64,000 nt of DNA from Camelus ferus (taxonomy: Eukaryota): the NCBI RefSeq assembly GCF_009834535.1, contig NC_045701.1:61318001-61382000 (forward strand). Reading direction: 5' to 3'. The notes beneath the pieces were generated by a model that saw only the letters and a list, made by a program, of their open reading frames with translations, ran no database searches and was not told the origin of the DNA. The translations under genes and the position numbers were made by a program. This document shows positions 13,030 through 26,100 of this stretch, in pieces (the first letter of the stretch is position 1; each line of letters opens with the position of its first letter).

Positions 13030-14844
13030 AATGTCTCAACCCGGAACATTTACAGCATGAAAAGCACAGTTTGTTAGCAAGTTGTAGCAAAACTAGCAGC
13101 ATTCAACAGTGATGCCACATCACAACTAGACATTACAGAGTCATGACCATCTTATGGTAACACTAACCAAGCAACTAGAATTCTAGAAACCAAGAAAGTA
13201 GATGAGGTCAACCAAAGATCGTCCAATCTGCATCCCGCATTGTCAATGATAATATTTCTATCTTTTATAAAAAAAGAAATTTAGTTGTCATTATAATTGT
13301 AAAATAAGCTCTTGCTTATTCTCTTACATCTCAGAATAGAATGACAGACTCTAACTCCGTAACCCTACAGCCAGACTAACATACGAAGCTTCAGACAGCA
13401 TTGAAAAGCCACCATTCCCGTCAAAGCCAGAATTTCAACTCATCCAAGTTTTATGAAAATCTCTTGAGGGCGTTAAATTAAATTAGAATTCCTTGGTTAA
13501 AGAGCACAAATTCACCTTCCTTCCCTCCCCCAAAATAAAACACTAGTTTAGTACTGTTAATATTTTTTACAGACAGGTAAACTTTTGTATTGACTGTTAT
13601 TTTTAATCTAAAGGCTCTAATAAAGAGAAAACTTTAAGACACACATACAAAAAAAGAGAGGACTTAAATTAACTAAATGTTTGTGGTTTTAAAGAAAAGA
13701 AACACCACTCAGAGTTCTATGGTTCAATAAACGAAGACAATAATCACAACTGGCCAACATACAAACATAAAAAAGAAAGCGTCTATAACAAGTAACTAGG
13801 ATAAAAATTGTGGAAAATTAACTCTAAAAAGATTAAAAAATAAGTTAACTCAAATTTTAAAAAAAAGAAACTGTCTCAGAAATTAATGCAATAATACCAC
13901 TTAAGAAGAATTACAAGTTGGATTCAGCTAAAATTCTGAAAAGGTGAAAACAAGCAATTTTTCAAAAAAAAAAAAACTCTGAAAATTCTGTAACATATTC
14001 TTCTTTAGCCCTCACCATGCAGAAATAGCCTGTCCTAAGAAAGTAGACATTTTAAGGAAGAATCCCCGGTTATTACAATCTGAATAATTTTTCAAAAATA
14101 GTCTTTTATTTCTTACATTGTTTTTCTCATACTTCTTATTTTAAACTTATTAAACCACATATTTTCAGTGACAGAACACATATTGGAAGTGGTCAAATGG
14201 AGAAGTTAAATAATAAAACGTTATTTCAAAACGAGCTATAAAGAATGACTGAAATGTATTCTCCATCCTTCCAAGGCAAGCGTTTTGGAGGTTAATTCAA
14301 ACTATGAAAGTATTTCCACCCAAAGTTGTCCACACCATACTGACTAAATCAATGCTTCTGCATACTCTGAGGGTATGACACATTTGCTCATTTGCTAAAG
14401 TTTTTTTTAATGTGTAAATGTTGAATATATCTTTACCCAAGGTTTCCTGCATCCTAACTCCAGATGGCTAAAGCTCAGTGCAGTTTTGAATGGTTAATGG
14501 AATTTGAACCGAACCAAGACTTAGAAATGATAATCAACAAGCTTTAGAAACTGTATATCTATATAATAATTTTACAGTTTTTATTTCTCTTATTGAATAT
14601 CCTCCAGCAATACATAATAGGAATATTTTTTAAATTACAGAACTTCAAATTACTCTCTAAGACAGATCGCCAAGCTCCCCTTCAGTAATTATAAATGACT
14701 TCTAAAACGGCACTGTTATTTTATTGGAAGAAAAATAAAATTAGATGCACAGAAGCTATCTATCCTTGCTATTATATGGAGCAGCCGTGATATAACAGAG
14801 GACCGCTGCACTTAGAGGACTACTTACAAACTGGATAATTCATG

Positions 14845-14950
14845 GACAAGTTGTATAACTTCTCTCACTCAGTTTCCTCATCAGTAAAATGACGATAATG
14901 TTAATATAACTCAGAGGGTGAGGATTAAAAGGATAATGCACATGAAGTTG
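14845..14950 (+). mobile_element. MIR SINE fragment
   Basis: Core motif AACTTCTCTCACTCAGTTTCCTCATCAGTAAAATG...GAGGATTAAA. Confidence 0.8.
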
Positions 14951-16739
14951 CAAATTATAATGTACTGTACAATGGCAGAATTATTACTGGAATGCTTCTT
15001 ATGGGTGAGGTTAGAAGGCCCTCCCAGCCCCAACCCTTCTCCCTTGCTCCTCTGCAAGTCTAGGGTAAGGGCTGGGCCATGCTTGCTAACAGGCAGGGTC
15101 ATTGTGTCTTAAAGGGATATGCACATCATTTTGTGTGTCTTCTTTGTGAACCCATGAGGTTGAAGTATAAACTCACCCAGTGCCTTCTCCTGGATAATCT
15201 GGCCACGTATCTTGCCATACAACTAACTAGTGGGAAGATTTGGTCTTGGGAGTAAGGGAGAAGATTTCCTATGGCTTAGGCCATATCTGCTCGCCTGAGC
15301 ATTTGGCAATACCTTTTTCATGTATATCCAACTCAGAAAACGTCTAGAGACAGGTGGCTTTGGTTTCTAGCAGGATTTACTTATTCTTGGATCCCTCAAT
15401 CTCTCAAACAGGCCTCTTTATGGTAACTAACAATAAGGATGACTAGAATGTTGACAGACTTCCAAGGGACAAAGGAACCTTACAAACTGAAAAATACATA
15501 ATCTAATCATGAGTGCTGCCAATAACCTGTCTTTATCTGCTAATGGCAGCAATGTCCCTGGACTAAGCGCACAACATTCCGTCCCACGGGCAACGGGAAA
15601 TATTACGCATAGGCTGCAGCTCACAGCCTAGCAAATGCTCCGTCACAGAAATCACACGTGCTGACTTAACAATACGTGGTCTCCAACTCAGCATCAGCCA
15701 CACGAGTAAAGTCATCACAAAAGTTAATGACAGGATGGGCTGACGTCTGCAATCAAAGGATCAAAAAACAAGAAGCCTGAGAGTGAGGCATAAGCCTGAG
15801 AGGAGAGTGAGTTTAGAAACAAACAAGAACATGGTTTTCAAAATCTGAAAGAGGTAATTTTATAATAAATCAAAGCATTACATACTTTATACAGTGGATT
15901 ACAGTCTAAAGGTTTTACGACCCATTAATTTACAGGAGCTTAAAAGGATTTAGGTAGAGTCCTAAGTGGTAGATCCATGACATGTAATTAAGGAAAACCA
16001 GGAACAGAACCGGACCGCTCTAACCTTTGGAGTGGGACATCACTGCGGCACCTCAGCCCTCCAGCACTTCCCTCAGTGCCACTGTGTGAAGCAGAGCCCT
16101 CGGCCAGATGGAACCAGACTGACTGACACCCACCATGCGTAATGTTCTCTTGTTGACTGAGAGAATCCTGTGTTAGTAAAACTACCTGTGAAATACATCC
16201 AATAAAGTGTCTCAATATCTCTGCTTCACTGTTGAATTTGATAGCTTGTTAAGGATTATTAATGGGAAAAAATGTATTTTAAAGCATCAATCTACTCCAA
16301 TTCTCCTTACGTATATGATTGCTCTTCACATCCCTCTGTCTTAAAAAAAAGAAAAAAAAGCAGAATGGGCTTTTAAAAGGCTCAAGTTAGTCAAAGGTAA
16401 ATTGCGAAAGTGGTTTCTACTAACCTATTACAGTATGTTTCAAATGTCAGGGCTTTCTAAGGATTATGGAATAAGATCAGATGTTTTTAAATGCCATTCC
16501 CCTAAAACCTACATATAATCTTTAAACACACAATATGTTTTATGTCCTTCAGTAAAGAGCAACAGCCCAAGGGCTTAGAAATGCAATTATTAGACAATGA
16601 AAAAAACTATATTTGAAATTCCTAGGAATCCTGACATTTTATAAAAATATTTTTGGAAATTTTATCTAAAACAAAAATAAGACAGTATATGCACACATCA
16701 GTTTGGTGTTTTTTACTTTAATAGAAATGTAGCTACTAT

Positions 16740-17370
16740 TAAGAAGTACAAGGATGTAGGAAAACTGTAACCCACCATCACGGCTCCTGAGAGTGGAAAT
16801 AGAAAGCCATTCTGGACAGCAATCTGACAGCAGTTAATTTACAAATTCTGCATATATTCTACTCTCCAGCAGTCCTACTTCTCAGTAGAGACAGACAACT
16901 TCTCACATGGGGCCACAGGAAAATGTGTATGAGGATGTTTACCTCCCAGTTGTTGGAGGTAACAAAGTGTCAGAAGTTGGAGTTCATGACTAGTAAAATG
17001 GATAAGTAACATGAAGGCTGTGAAGACACTGGAGCTACAACACAGTGCTCAGACATTATGAAATATTTTACCATATTGAAAATTAAAAAAACCTCGAACA
17101 TAAGTTTGAGTGAAAAGAGTAAGAAACTATAAATCTTACTGCATAGTATGAATTATGTAGGCCTTAAAAATAAACATACACCAAGCAATATCATTTCAAG
17201 AGTACATACATTTAATAAACAAATGGAAGATGGATTAGAAAGACACAAAATAGACCACCAAAATGAGTAAATAATGGAAGATGAAGAGGGATGGAATGAA
17301 GGGGAAAAGAAAAAAAAATAAAAGAAGAAAAAACAACATTAAATTAAATAAGTAAAATTAAATAAATAGA
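16740..17370 (+). mobile_element. Old L1 3' fragment (L1MC-like)
   Basis: CAAGGATGTAGGAAAACTG...GAAAGCCATTCTGGACAGCAATCTGACAG...CCTACTTCTCAG, typical of L1 ORF2 end/3'UTR; A-rich end. Confidence 0.75.
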
Positions 17371-18469
17371 GATTTGCCCCGAGAGATCACCAGATAATAT
17401 TGGGACAAACGGAGGAGGATGTTTAATTGGATTATATGCGCCTGGTCTAATAGGAGAAGGATTGGGAAGGACAAAGAAGGGAAAACTGAAAAAAGCAGAA
17501 GTTAATTTTAGCCTCTTGATACTGCAAAATCACAAATTAATATTTTTTCATTTTCTGATAAACAGCTCATATTTGAATATTTAAAAAATAGGACATGTAA
17601 TCTTTAAGCAGTTAACACTTTAATCCTATTGATTTTAATCCATCTAATGCAAATTGTATATAAAGAAGATTCTCTTTCAGCATATAAAGTATTTATATTT
17701 TTTCCTCACAAACTGATGCTCACCAATTTGTAGATTCTCATTCTGCTGTGTGCCTAAAACTTGTCACTAGTATAATTCTTTGAATTTCTTATAAGGCTAT
17801 CCTCAGTGTCAACTTATTTATCTCCATATTTAGTTGGAATTCAGTGTTTCCAAAACTCTATAACATTTGGCTTTAATACTGGATTTCTAAATGTGTATAT
17901 AGTTTTCTTCTTTTTTCCCTCTGTTTCCTTGTGCATCATATTCAAAGGCTTTTATAGTTTTATACAAGAAATGGAAAACAACTGTATATTTTAGAAAAGG
18001 GATCATGATGCATATAGTGTTTTGTAAACTGTTTGTGGTTTGTTTATTCGATTGGTTGATTTTTTTTATTTAATAATATACAGTTAGCTTCTTTCAGTAC
18101 CATTATCCTTTCAATATATGAATTAGGAAGTTAGGGCTATACCATGATATTTTTTAATATATATGCTACTGGACATTTTGATTATTCCCAGGTCTTCATC
18201 CTTCTAAAAAGAGCTGCAGTGAATATAAGATGGGTATAGTTTAGTTTTCAAAAGGGATGTGGAAATTTGAAAGAAGAGTGTATTCAAATGAACTATACCT
18301 TAAGAAAACCTGACAGGGCTCAAATCATTTGTTCGTATATCAGATGCTAGTCCTCGTTGATCTGTGAGGGCATTCAACTGGTTGCCATTTTTATATTAGC
18401 AGAACACGTTGGGCATTTTATGCAATCAGGCAATAATTGTTTGTGTTAAGAATATTGTTATTTTTAACT

Positions 18470-18712
18470 AATGGTTACCAGTGAGGAGAGGAAAGTGGGG
18501 ATGCGGCAAGATAGGGGTAGAGGATTAAGAGGAACAATCTACTATGTATAAAATAAATAAGCTACAAGGATGTAGTTAGTGTACAGCACAGGGAATATAG
18601 CCAGTATTTTATTATAACTTTAAGTGGAATATAATCTATAAAAGTTTTGAATCCCTATTTTGTATAACAGAAATTAATATTGTATTGTTTATCAACTATA
18701 CCTCAGTAAAAT
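18470..18712 (+). mobile_element. 5'-truncated L1 3' end (L1MA/artiodactyl type)
   Basis: ATGGTTACCAGTG...CTACTATGTATAAAATAAATAAGCTACAAGGATG...TACAGCACAGGGAATATAGCC...TCAACTATACCTCA. Confidence 0.88.
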
Positions 18713-18989
18713 TTTTTAAAGAGTATTATTATTTTGAAAATACTGTTTCTAACAATAGTGAAGAAGAGCTGGAGGAAGATTTGCATACTTCTTCCTGCAT
18801 GAAAAAACATAACATAATTTGAAGCTCTCCACTCTCTCATCCACCTCAAATACCATAACCCTTGGGATGAAATACAGTAAATAAAAGCATGTTTATACAG
18901 AACCATGTGAGACCAAGGTTGGGGTTTATTGCAAAATAAGCCAATCCAATTAAACAAATACTGACACGAAACACCAAGCTGTGTCCTGT

Positions 18990-19810
18990 GGTGCCTAGAA
19001 AAGTGAACAAGATGGACTCCTAACCTTCAAGGCATTTATTATCTGGCACTGGTGGTAGGAGGGAAAAGCAACTCTTCAAGGGGAGAGACTATATAATTCT
19101 AACATGCCGGCATTTTTTTAGTGACCCTATTATAGGAAAAAATGCACATATCAAAGAAAATATGCTGGGGGTTGGGACAGATACATGGGAAGCAAGAAGA
19201 GACGGGAGCAGGACTTCACAATATAAGCAGATATGAAGAGCAATACTTCACACACACACACACACACAAAGCAGCAATAGCAATGAAAACCCAAGGGATA
19301 AGAATAAGTAGTTTAAGGCTAGATGATGATGCCAAATGATGGACTACAGGGAGTCAGAGGAGGAAAAGCACATCTGGTTGAGCAAATCATAAACACCTTC
19401 AGGTGGAAGTTGGCATCTGAAACGGACATGGATGATGATGGGACATCTGCAGTCTACGAAGAGGAAATGGGTATCGGAGCATCTACATTTCCTGGAATTC
19501 TCTACAGAGCCTGCTCCACGAGTCAGGTCTACCATAAAACTAACCTTTACCTGACCTAAACCCTGCTCAGAAATAAGGGAGTAGAACCTCCCAGAACTTA
19601 GAACACACACCTCAGCGACAGTGCCAGCCCAAAAGCTAATAGCCACCCAGCAGGCAAAAAGACACAAGAGACATCAGTGCTACCAAAAGGAGTTTCTCAG
19701 GGAGCACAGTCTTTCACCAGACCTGGAAGTGAAGAGTGAAGGTGAGAATGACCTTAGCAGAGAGCAAATGAGGACCACTGGGAGAGGACAAGTGAAAGAA
19801 GAAGATGTTT
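18990..19810 (-). mobile_element. Degenerate L2 fragments (with a (CA)n tract at ~19249-19267)
   Basis: Purine-rich plus strand with antisense L2-like motifs (CTAACCTTCAAGGCATTTATTATCTG; GAAGTTGGCATCTGAAACGGAC). Confidence 0.5.
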
Positions 19811-19812
19811 GA

Positions 19813-19993
19813 ACAGATGATTTCTCAAACCTGGCTAAGCATCAGAATCAGCTGAGCTGCTCGTTAAACGTGCTGATTCCTGCCCCGACTTACCCACCTG
19901 GAGTGATTTCAATTCAACAGGTTTAAGGTGAGGTCTGTTTTGCAAAATCTCTCTAAATGACTCCTATGTATAGTCAGGCTTAGACTCACTGGT
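19813..19993. mobile_element. MER5 (hAT-Charlie) MITE
   Basis: CAGATGATTTCTCAAACCTGGCTAAGCATCAGAATCAGCTG...GTATAGTCAGGCTTAGACTCACTG. Confidence 0.8.
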
Positions 19994-20857
19994 ATAATAT
20001 GAAATTCCTGCCCTCCATGATGATATAGAATATATATATATGCAGCACATAATGTTTCTCACCATAAATGGGTAGAAAAAAGGCATATCAGTCACCATTT
20101 CCCTGGGCAAATACCTTAACCTAACTAGCTCAGTTTTCTTTTCTGAAAAACAAAGAATATGGAGTAGAAAATAATTCAGATTCCTTGTAATTATAAAATA
20201 ACATAATTTTGGTACTTACTTAAGTGTGAGCTTTAAAGAAAAATTAACTCAAGGGAAAAAAATCCCATCTGGCCTTACTGAAATATTGTGAAGTTTTCAG
20301 GTCTAAACTGGTTCCTTATATAGAGTTCCCTTTTCTTTTTTATGATCTTTTTTGGTAATATACTCTTTAAGCTCACAGATATGGCATATTATAAAAGAAT
20401 TGTTATAAATAATATAAATGCCAGATTCTGTTTTACATAAGTCAAACAAAATAGCAATAGTACAATGTACCACCATGACAAAGTACGTGTGATTTACACA
20501 GGTTGTAAGAACTTTATTTTTATTCCTTTAAATGTTCATGAAGCAAGTCCTACTTGGTTGAGGGTTGTTGCCGCTACTTCATATGACAGTTTCAGCAACT
20601 AAAGTCGTGCTGACATCAGTGGTTCTCTGATACAGGATGCTCCTTTGATCACTTGGCACCTAAAATAGTTCCTGGCCCATAAAGGGTGATCAAAAAGTAC
20701 TTACTTAATAAATTAATAAATTAACAGACATGCAAAAATATTCCTCTTTGCAAAAATTCTCACCAGTGGCTCTTAAACTATATATTTCCACGAACAATTT
20801 AGTCTCCTTAATATTCTAATATAATTTTTACTGTGCAGTTTTCATGTAAGTAAATAG

Positions 20858-21734
20858 GTTCTGGCACCAATTCCAATCCGTGGGGGTTTGGGGAGGTTCC
20901 CCACAACAACAAGCAATTCTAGGAACATTAGGTGAGTGTCCTATGATTCAACTCAATTCTGACACTAACTACATGGAGATAGCATCAGATTCCAAAAGGT
21001 TAAACATTAAGGCTTCGGTCCTACAAGAGTGACCGCCCCCCCGGACTTCAGGTGCCAGTCCCAAGCCTAGGTTGTCGACTGTGCCTCTGACCCACCTAGC
21101 ACAGACTGGAGGTTCCCAGGACCCCCTCCTTAAGACTTCAGACACTAGTTACAAGCACAAGTTGTTACGTGTACTTTTGACAACCAGCTGTAAACCAGAG
21201 GTTCACACAACCTCTTCCTTTGGTGCAATTAATTTGCTAGAGCAATTTACAGAACTTGGAGAAACATTTTATTTACTAGATTACCAGTTTATTATAAAAG
21301 GATATAACTCAGAAACAGCCAGATGGAAGAGATGCATACAGCAAGGTATGAAAAAAGGACTCGGAGCTTCCACGCCCTCACCAGGCACACCATGCTCTCA
21401 GCACTTCCACATGTTGCCCAAAATGGAAGGTCTCCAAATCCTGTCTTTTGAGTTTTTATGGATGCTTCATACACAGTTACAAATGATTAAATCATTGCCC
21501 ATTGGCTATTGCTTCAACCTCCAGTCTCTCTCCAGGAGATTGGGGAGACGAGGTGATACTAATCACATGACTGGTTCCCCTGGCAGTCAACCCCATCCTT
21601 AGGTTATCCAAGGGTTTCCAAAAGTCACTTCATCAACACAACATATCACAAGAAATTCCAAGGGTTTTGGGAGCTTTGTGCCAGGAACTAGGTGGAAGAC
21701 CAAATATACATTTCTGATTTTAAATGACATCACA
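20858..21734 (-). mobile_element. MER21-family (ERVL) solo LTR, same orientation as KCNH5
   Basis: Minus strand starts TGTGATGTC...TATATTTGGTCTTCCACCTAGTTCCTGGCACAAAGCTCCCAAAACCCTTGGAATTTC (MER21 5' end) and contains CCTTTTATAATAAACTGGT and GCTCTAGCAAATTAATTG. Confidence 0.85.
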
Positions 21735-21820
21735 GTGAGTCTAAGTACATTTAAGCCTTTTAACCACATTCAGTATTTAGTTAAACTTCTGAAAAGATTC
21801 CTAAGCTGTTCTGTTACCTA

Positions 21821-21985
<165 letters not shown>

Positions 21986-22018
21986 TTAACAATGTACTTC
22001 TTTCAAGTAATCAAAAAG

Positions 22019-22060
22019 ACAAATTCATAAAGGTACACAAATTCATAAAGGTAGACAAAT
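22019..22060. repeat. 18-bp tandem duplication (2.3 copies)
   Basis: ACAAATTCATAAAGGTAC ACAAATTCATAAAGGTAG ACAAAT. Confidence 0.9.
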
Positions 22061-22247
22061 GCAACTATGGTTTGTTATGGTACAAATAATAAAACTGACA
22101 TCAAGTTTAGCAGATCATCAAATGAGAACTGCAATAAGTACAAGATTTGCATATAAAGTAAAAACTCCACTAAAAGAAGCCAGTTTACATTACCCTTTGC
22201 CCCTATGCATTCAAATAAACACTATACTATGAAAACAAAGTATTGTT

Positions 22248-22354
22248 GGGGATGGGAGTTATAGCTCAGTGGTAGAGCACATGCTTAGCATGCACTAGGT
22301 CCTGGGTTTAATCCCCAGTACCTCCACTAACCAAAAAAAAAGGAAGGAAAGAAA
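22248..22354 (+). mobile_element. Vic-1-type camelid SINE with TSD
   Basis: TATAGCTCAGTGGTAGAGCACATGCTTAGCATGCACTAGGTCCTGGGTTTAATCCCCAGTACCTCC plus A-tail. TSD GAAAACAAAGTATTGTT (22231) / GAAAACAAAGTACTGTT (22355). Confidence 0.93.
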
Positions 22355-23199
22355 GAAAACAAAGTACTGTTAATGTTAAATAAGTATCAGTGACTATAAT
22401 AATTATATCTAAAAACAGTTTAATTTATTAAAATTAGGGCTACCAGCCACTTCTCCACAAATTGAGAATATTAAACTTAATAACAGAGGCAAATGGATGA
22501 TCCTTCCAAAAATTCTATTAAGGTAATTTTGACATGATGGGACAAATTCTCTGTCCATTAGATTGATCTAGAGAAGTCTAATTTAAAATAGCACGGAAGA
22601 GTCCTTTTCAAAATGAAATTATTCAAAGATGGTATTTTCAACCACGTGCTACACAGAATTTGGAAACTATCACTATTCTAAATAAAAGAAATATCTCTAT
22701 TCTATTTTACATAGAGAAATGGTTTTCCTTTAGATATAAAAATTAATATAAAAAATAATATCTTGTGGCATGTACCTTGATTGAAAATCCAACAATGTTA
22801 AGCAGTAACTTTAACAATTTTATATATCAGATGATAGATATGTCCACTTTAAAGTGAATTAAAATTAAAATAACATTAAAATGAAAAACTATTTTTAAAA
22901 TAAATATTTTAAGAGTAGATTTTTAAGGGAATACTATGCTTCAAAATATCTACCTAAAAAATCTCCTTTGAACTCATATTCAGAGTAGTGTACTAAAAAG
23001 AGAAATTAACTTATGACTTTAAGCTTAAATCCTGACTTACAGTTGGACTTCATATAAATAACAATGCAATTCATTTACTAAGTAGCTGCTAAGTAAAAGG
23101 AACTACTCTGGGTCGGACAATGGGATAAAATAAAGACCAATAAAACATACCCTTTACTTTCAAAAAATTATGTATTAAGGAAAATAAATATGTAACCAA

Positions 23200-26100
23200 T
23201 TACAATTTACCAGAACAAATCAAGAAGCGTAGGATAACATATGGGGAAAAAAATCTGTTTCAAGGCACTAAAAAACAACAAAAGTGGACAGAAACTGGAA
23301 AAGGCAAACCCTTGAAAAAAGGAAGATACATTAGGTGAGATATTAATTTAACTGTCCATTCCCCTGAAAGCACTTCCCAGTTTATACAGTTCCTGGGTGA
23401 GAGAGCTCAAGCATTAAAGTATTATGGGCCTAAAGGGTCACAGGTCATGATTCGGGACTGTCAACGCAGCCTGAAGTTGAGGGGGAGATCCTTTAACATA
23501 TACAGCCATAAACCTGTACATAAATCCACCTCAAATCCTTCCCTGTGACCTAAACTGCATGCACAGGATGAGACTACAAGGAACTCATCTAGTCTAGCAA
23601 TGACTAGAAGGCTGAAGAGGTAGGCAGAAATTTCACCAGTGCCCCAAGGCTACAGGACAAATTTTGGAGTTCAAGTCTTATCAAGTTAGAGAAGCTTGAT
23701 AAATACCTTGAGCTTTCCATTTATTCCACAGAAGGCCATGCTTCAGGAACAAAAAACAAGTCCCAGGACAAAGGACTGTGAGCTGGGACTAAAATCAAAA
23801 CGTAGAAAATAGACTCACCAAAAAAAAAAAAAAAAAGAAAAAGAAAGAAAAGTAAAAAAAATCATGATTAAAGTGACCCACCAGTAATTAAACCATCTGC
23901 TAAAATAAAATGGAACCCTCTTCAGAGGGAAATAATGAAATCCAAAAATCTCTATAATGTATCGACACAATGTCCAATATAAAATTAAAAATTATTAGGC
24001 ATGTAAAGAAACAGAAAACTGTGACAATAACCAAGGGAAAAAATAGGCAATAGAAAGAAAGGTTGATACGGGAACCAAGAAATAAACAATATAATCTCTG
24101 AAATTAAAAATTCATTGAATAGGTTTAATAATATATTGGACACTAAAAAGGAGGACAATTTAAAAACATATCAATGCAAATTATTGCAAACTGAAGCAAA
24201 AAGAAAGACTGAAAAGATGTCCTATGGTACAACATCAAGTAATCTAAAATACAGGTAGTTGAGTCTGGAAAAAAGAAAAAGATGGAATAGAGCACAAATG
24301 TTATTTGGATAAGTGATGACTAAAATTTTCAAATAGCTTGAAAAATAACAACCCATAGATCTTAGCTTAGTAAACCTCAAACAAGATAAACACAAAGAAA
24401 GCCCCTGTAGGAAGATGACAGTAAAATTACTTTAAAAAAAAAAAAAGGAAGGAAAAAATTTAAACACCTAAAAAAAAGACACATTTTTATATGTATTTTA
24501 TGTTGAGGAGGGATGTAATAATTAGAGTATACAAATCACGAAAAATAAAGAAGGCCAGAAAGCAATGGAACGATATCTTTACAAAATACTGAGAGAAAAA
24601 TATTTATCAGCCTAACCTAGATTTTTATAGAGAGCAAAGGTATCCTTAAACATTCTAGGCAAAATAAAGACATATTTAGAAATAAAAGCTGAGAAAATTT
24701 ATTGCCTGCAGAATTATACTAAAACAAATGGAACAGGTATTTTAGCTGAAAAAAATTAATAATAATGGTAGTCACAACCTCTACAAAAAAAGTCAAGGGA
24801 AAAACAGACAAGAGATAGGACAAATGGAAAATAAACCACAAGACGGTGGCCCTAAATCCAACTATATCAAGCATTACATTAAATGTAAGTGGAATAATTG
24901 AAAATTTTTCAGATAGGATTTTTTTAAAAAAAGAAAAATAACTGATAGTCTACTGTTTTAAGAGAGCCATTTAAAGTATAAAGAGATAGACAAGTTGAAG
25001 TGTTTTATAGAAACTACTTAAACACTAAACATAAGAAAGTTAAGTGTGGCCATATTAATACAAAATAAAGTAGAAGACAAGGGGTAATAGAGACAAAGAG
25101 GAGCACTTAACAGTAATAAAAGAGTTAATTCATTAAGAAGACATAACACTCCCAAATGTATATGAAAATAATGAAAGACCTTCAAAATGCATGAAGAAAA
25201 AAAAAAAGCCATAACAAGTAGGATAACTAGACAACTTTACAATAAAAATGAGAGGTTTTTAACCCTTCTCCCTTAACTGGCAGAACAAGTAGATGAAGAA
25301 ATAATTGAAGATAGAGTATTTGAACAACACCAACACCATCGACTAATTCAAGCTCACTGACATTTATAGAACACCCCATACTACACTGCAGAATACACAT
25401 TCTTTCTCAGTGCATGTGGAACTTTCACCAGGATAAAACTGACTTTGAGCCAGAAAAATTGTCAATAAATTTTAAAATACTGAAATTATATAGAGTATAT
25501 TCTCTAACCTCAAAGTAATTAAATTAGAAATCAGTTTTCTAAAATTGTCTAGAAAAATCTATAAAGTTTGGATATTACCCAATTCATTTCTAAACCACTG
25601 AATCAAAGAAGAAATTTAGAAGATATTTTTAACTGGATGACGATGAAATAACATATCAAAGTTTGTGGTATACAGTTAAAGCAGTGCTTAGGGAGAAATT
25701 TCTCATTTTAATTGAAAGGTTTAAAATCGATGATCTAAGGTTTTATTTGAAGAAACTAGAAAAATAATAGTTATTAAACCCAAATTAAATAAGAGGAAAT
25801 AAATAAAGGTCAGAATGTAGTTCAATGAAATAGGAAACATTCAAAGAAGACTGAACCTCAACAAAGTCAAAAGTTGGTTGTTTGGAAAGATTAATAAAAA
25901 CAATAAACCCCTAGTAAGGCTGACAATGAAAAAAAGAGAGTGAAAACATGAGTTACCATCACCAAGAAGGAAAAAGGAGAAACATTGGATATATTATGCA
26001 TAGCAAATGTTAATAAAGGTACAGTGTAAGTAATTTTTTGCCAATGAATTCTAAAACTTTGATGAAATGAACAAAATTTCTAAAACAGAAAGTTAGAAAA

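Noticed and set aside
21072-21602. 176-aa ORF on + strand, the longest gap-free ORF in the track
   Set aside because: It lies wholly antisense within the MER21 LTR, has no recognisable domain and spans the LTR's internal duplication.
22248-22330. tRNA-like A/B boxes (TAGCTCAGTGGTAGAG...GGGTTTAATCCCC), here and at 9289, 9582 and 43157
   Set aside because: These are SINE heads: A-rich tails and TSDs are present and no complete cloverleaf forms. Not tRNA genes.
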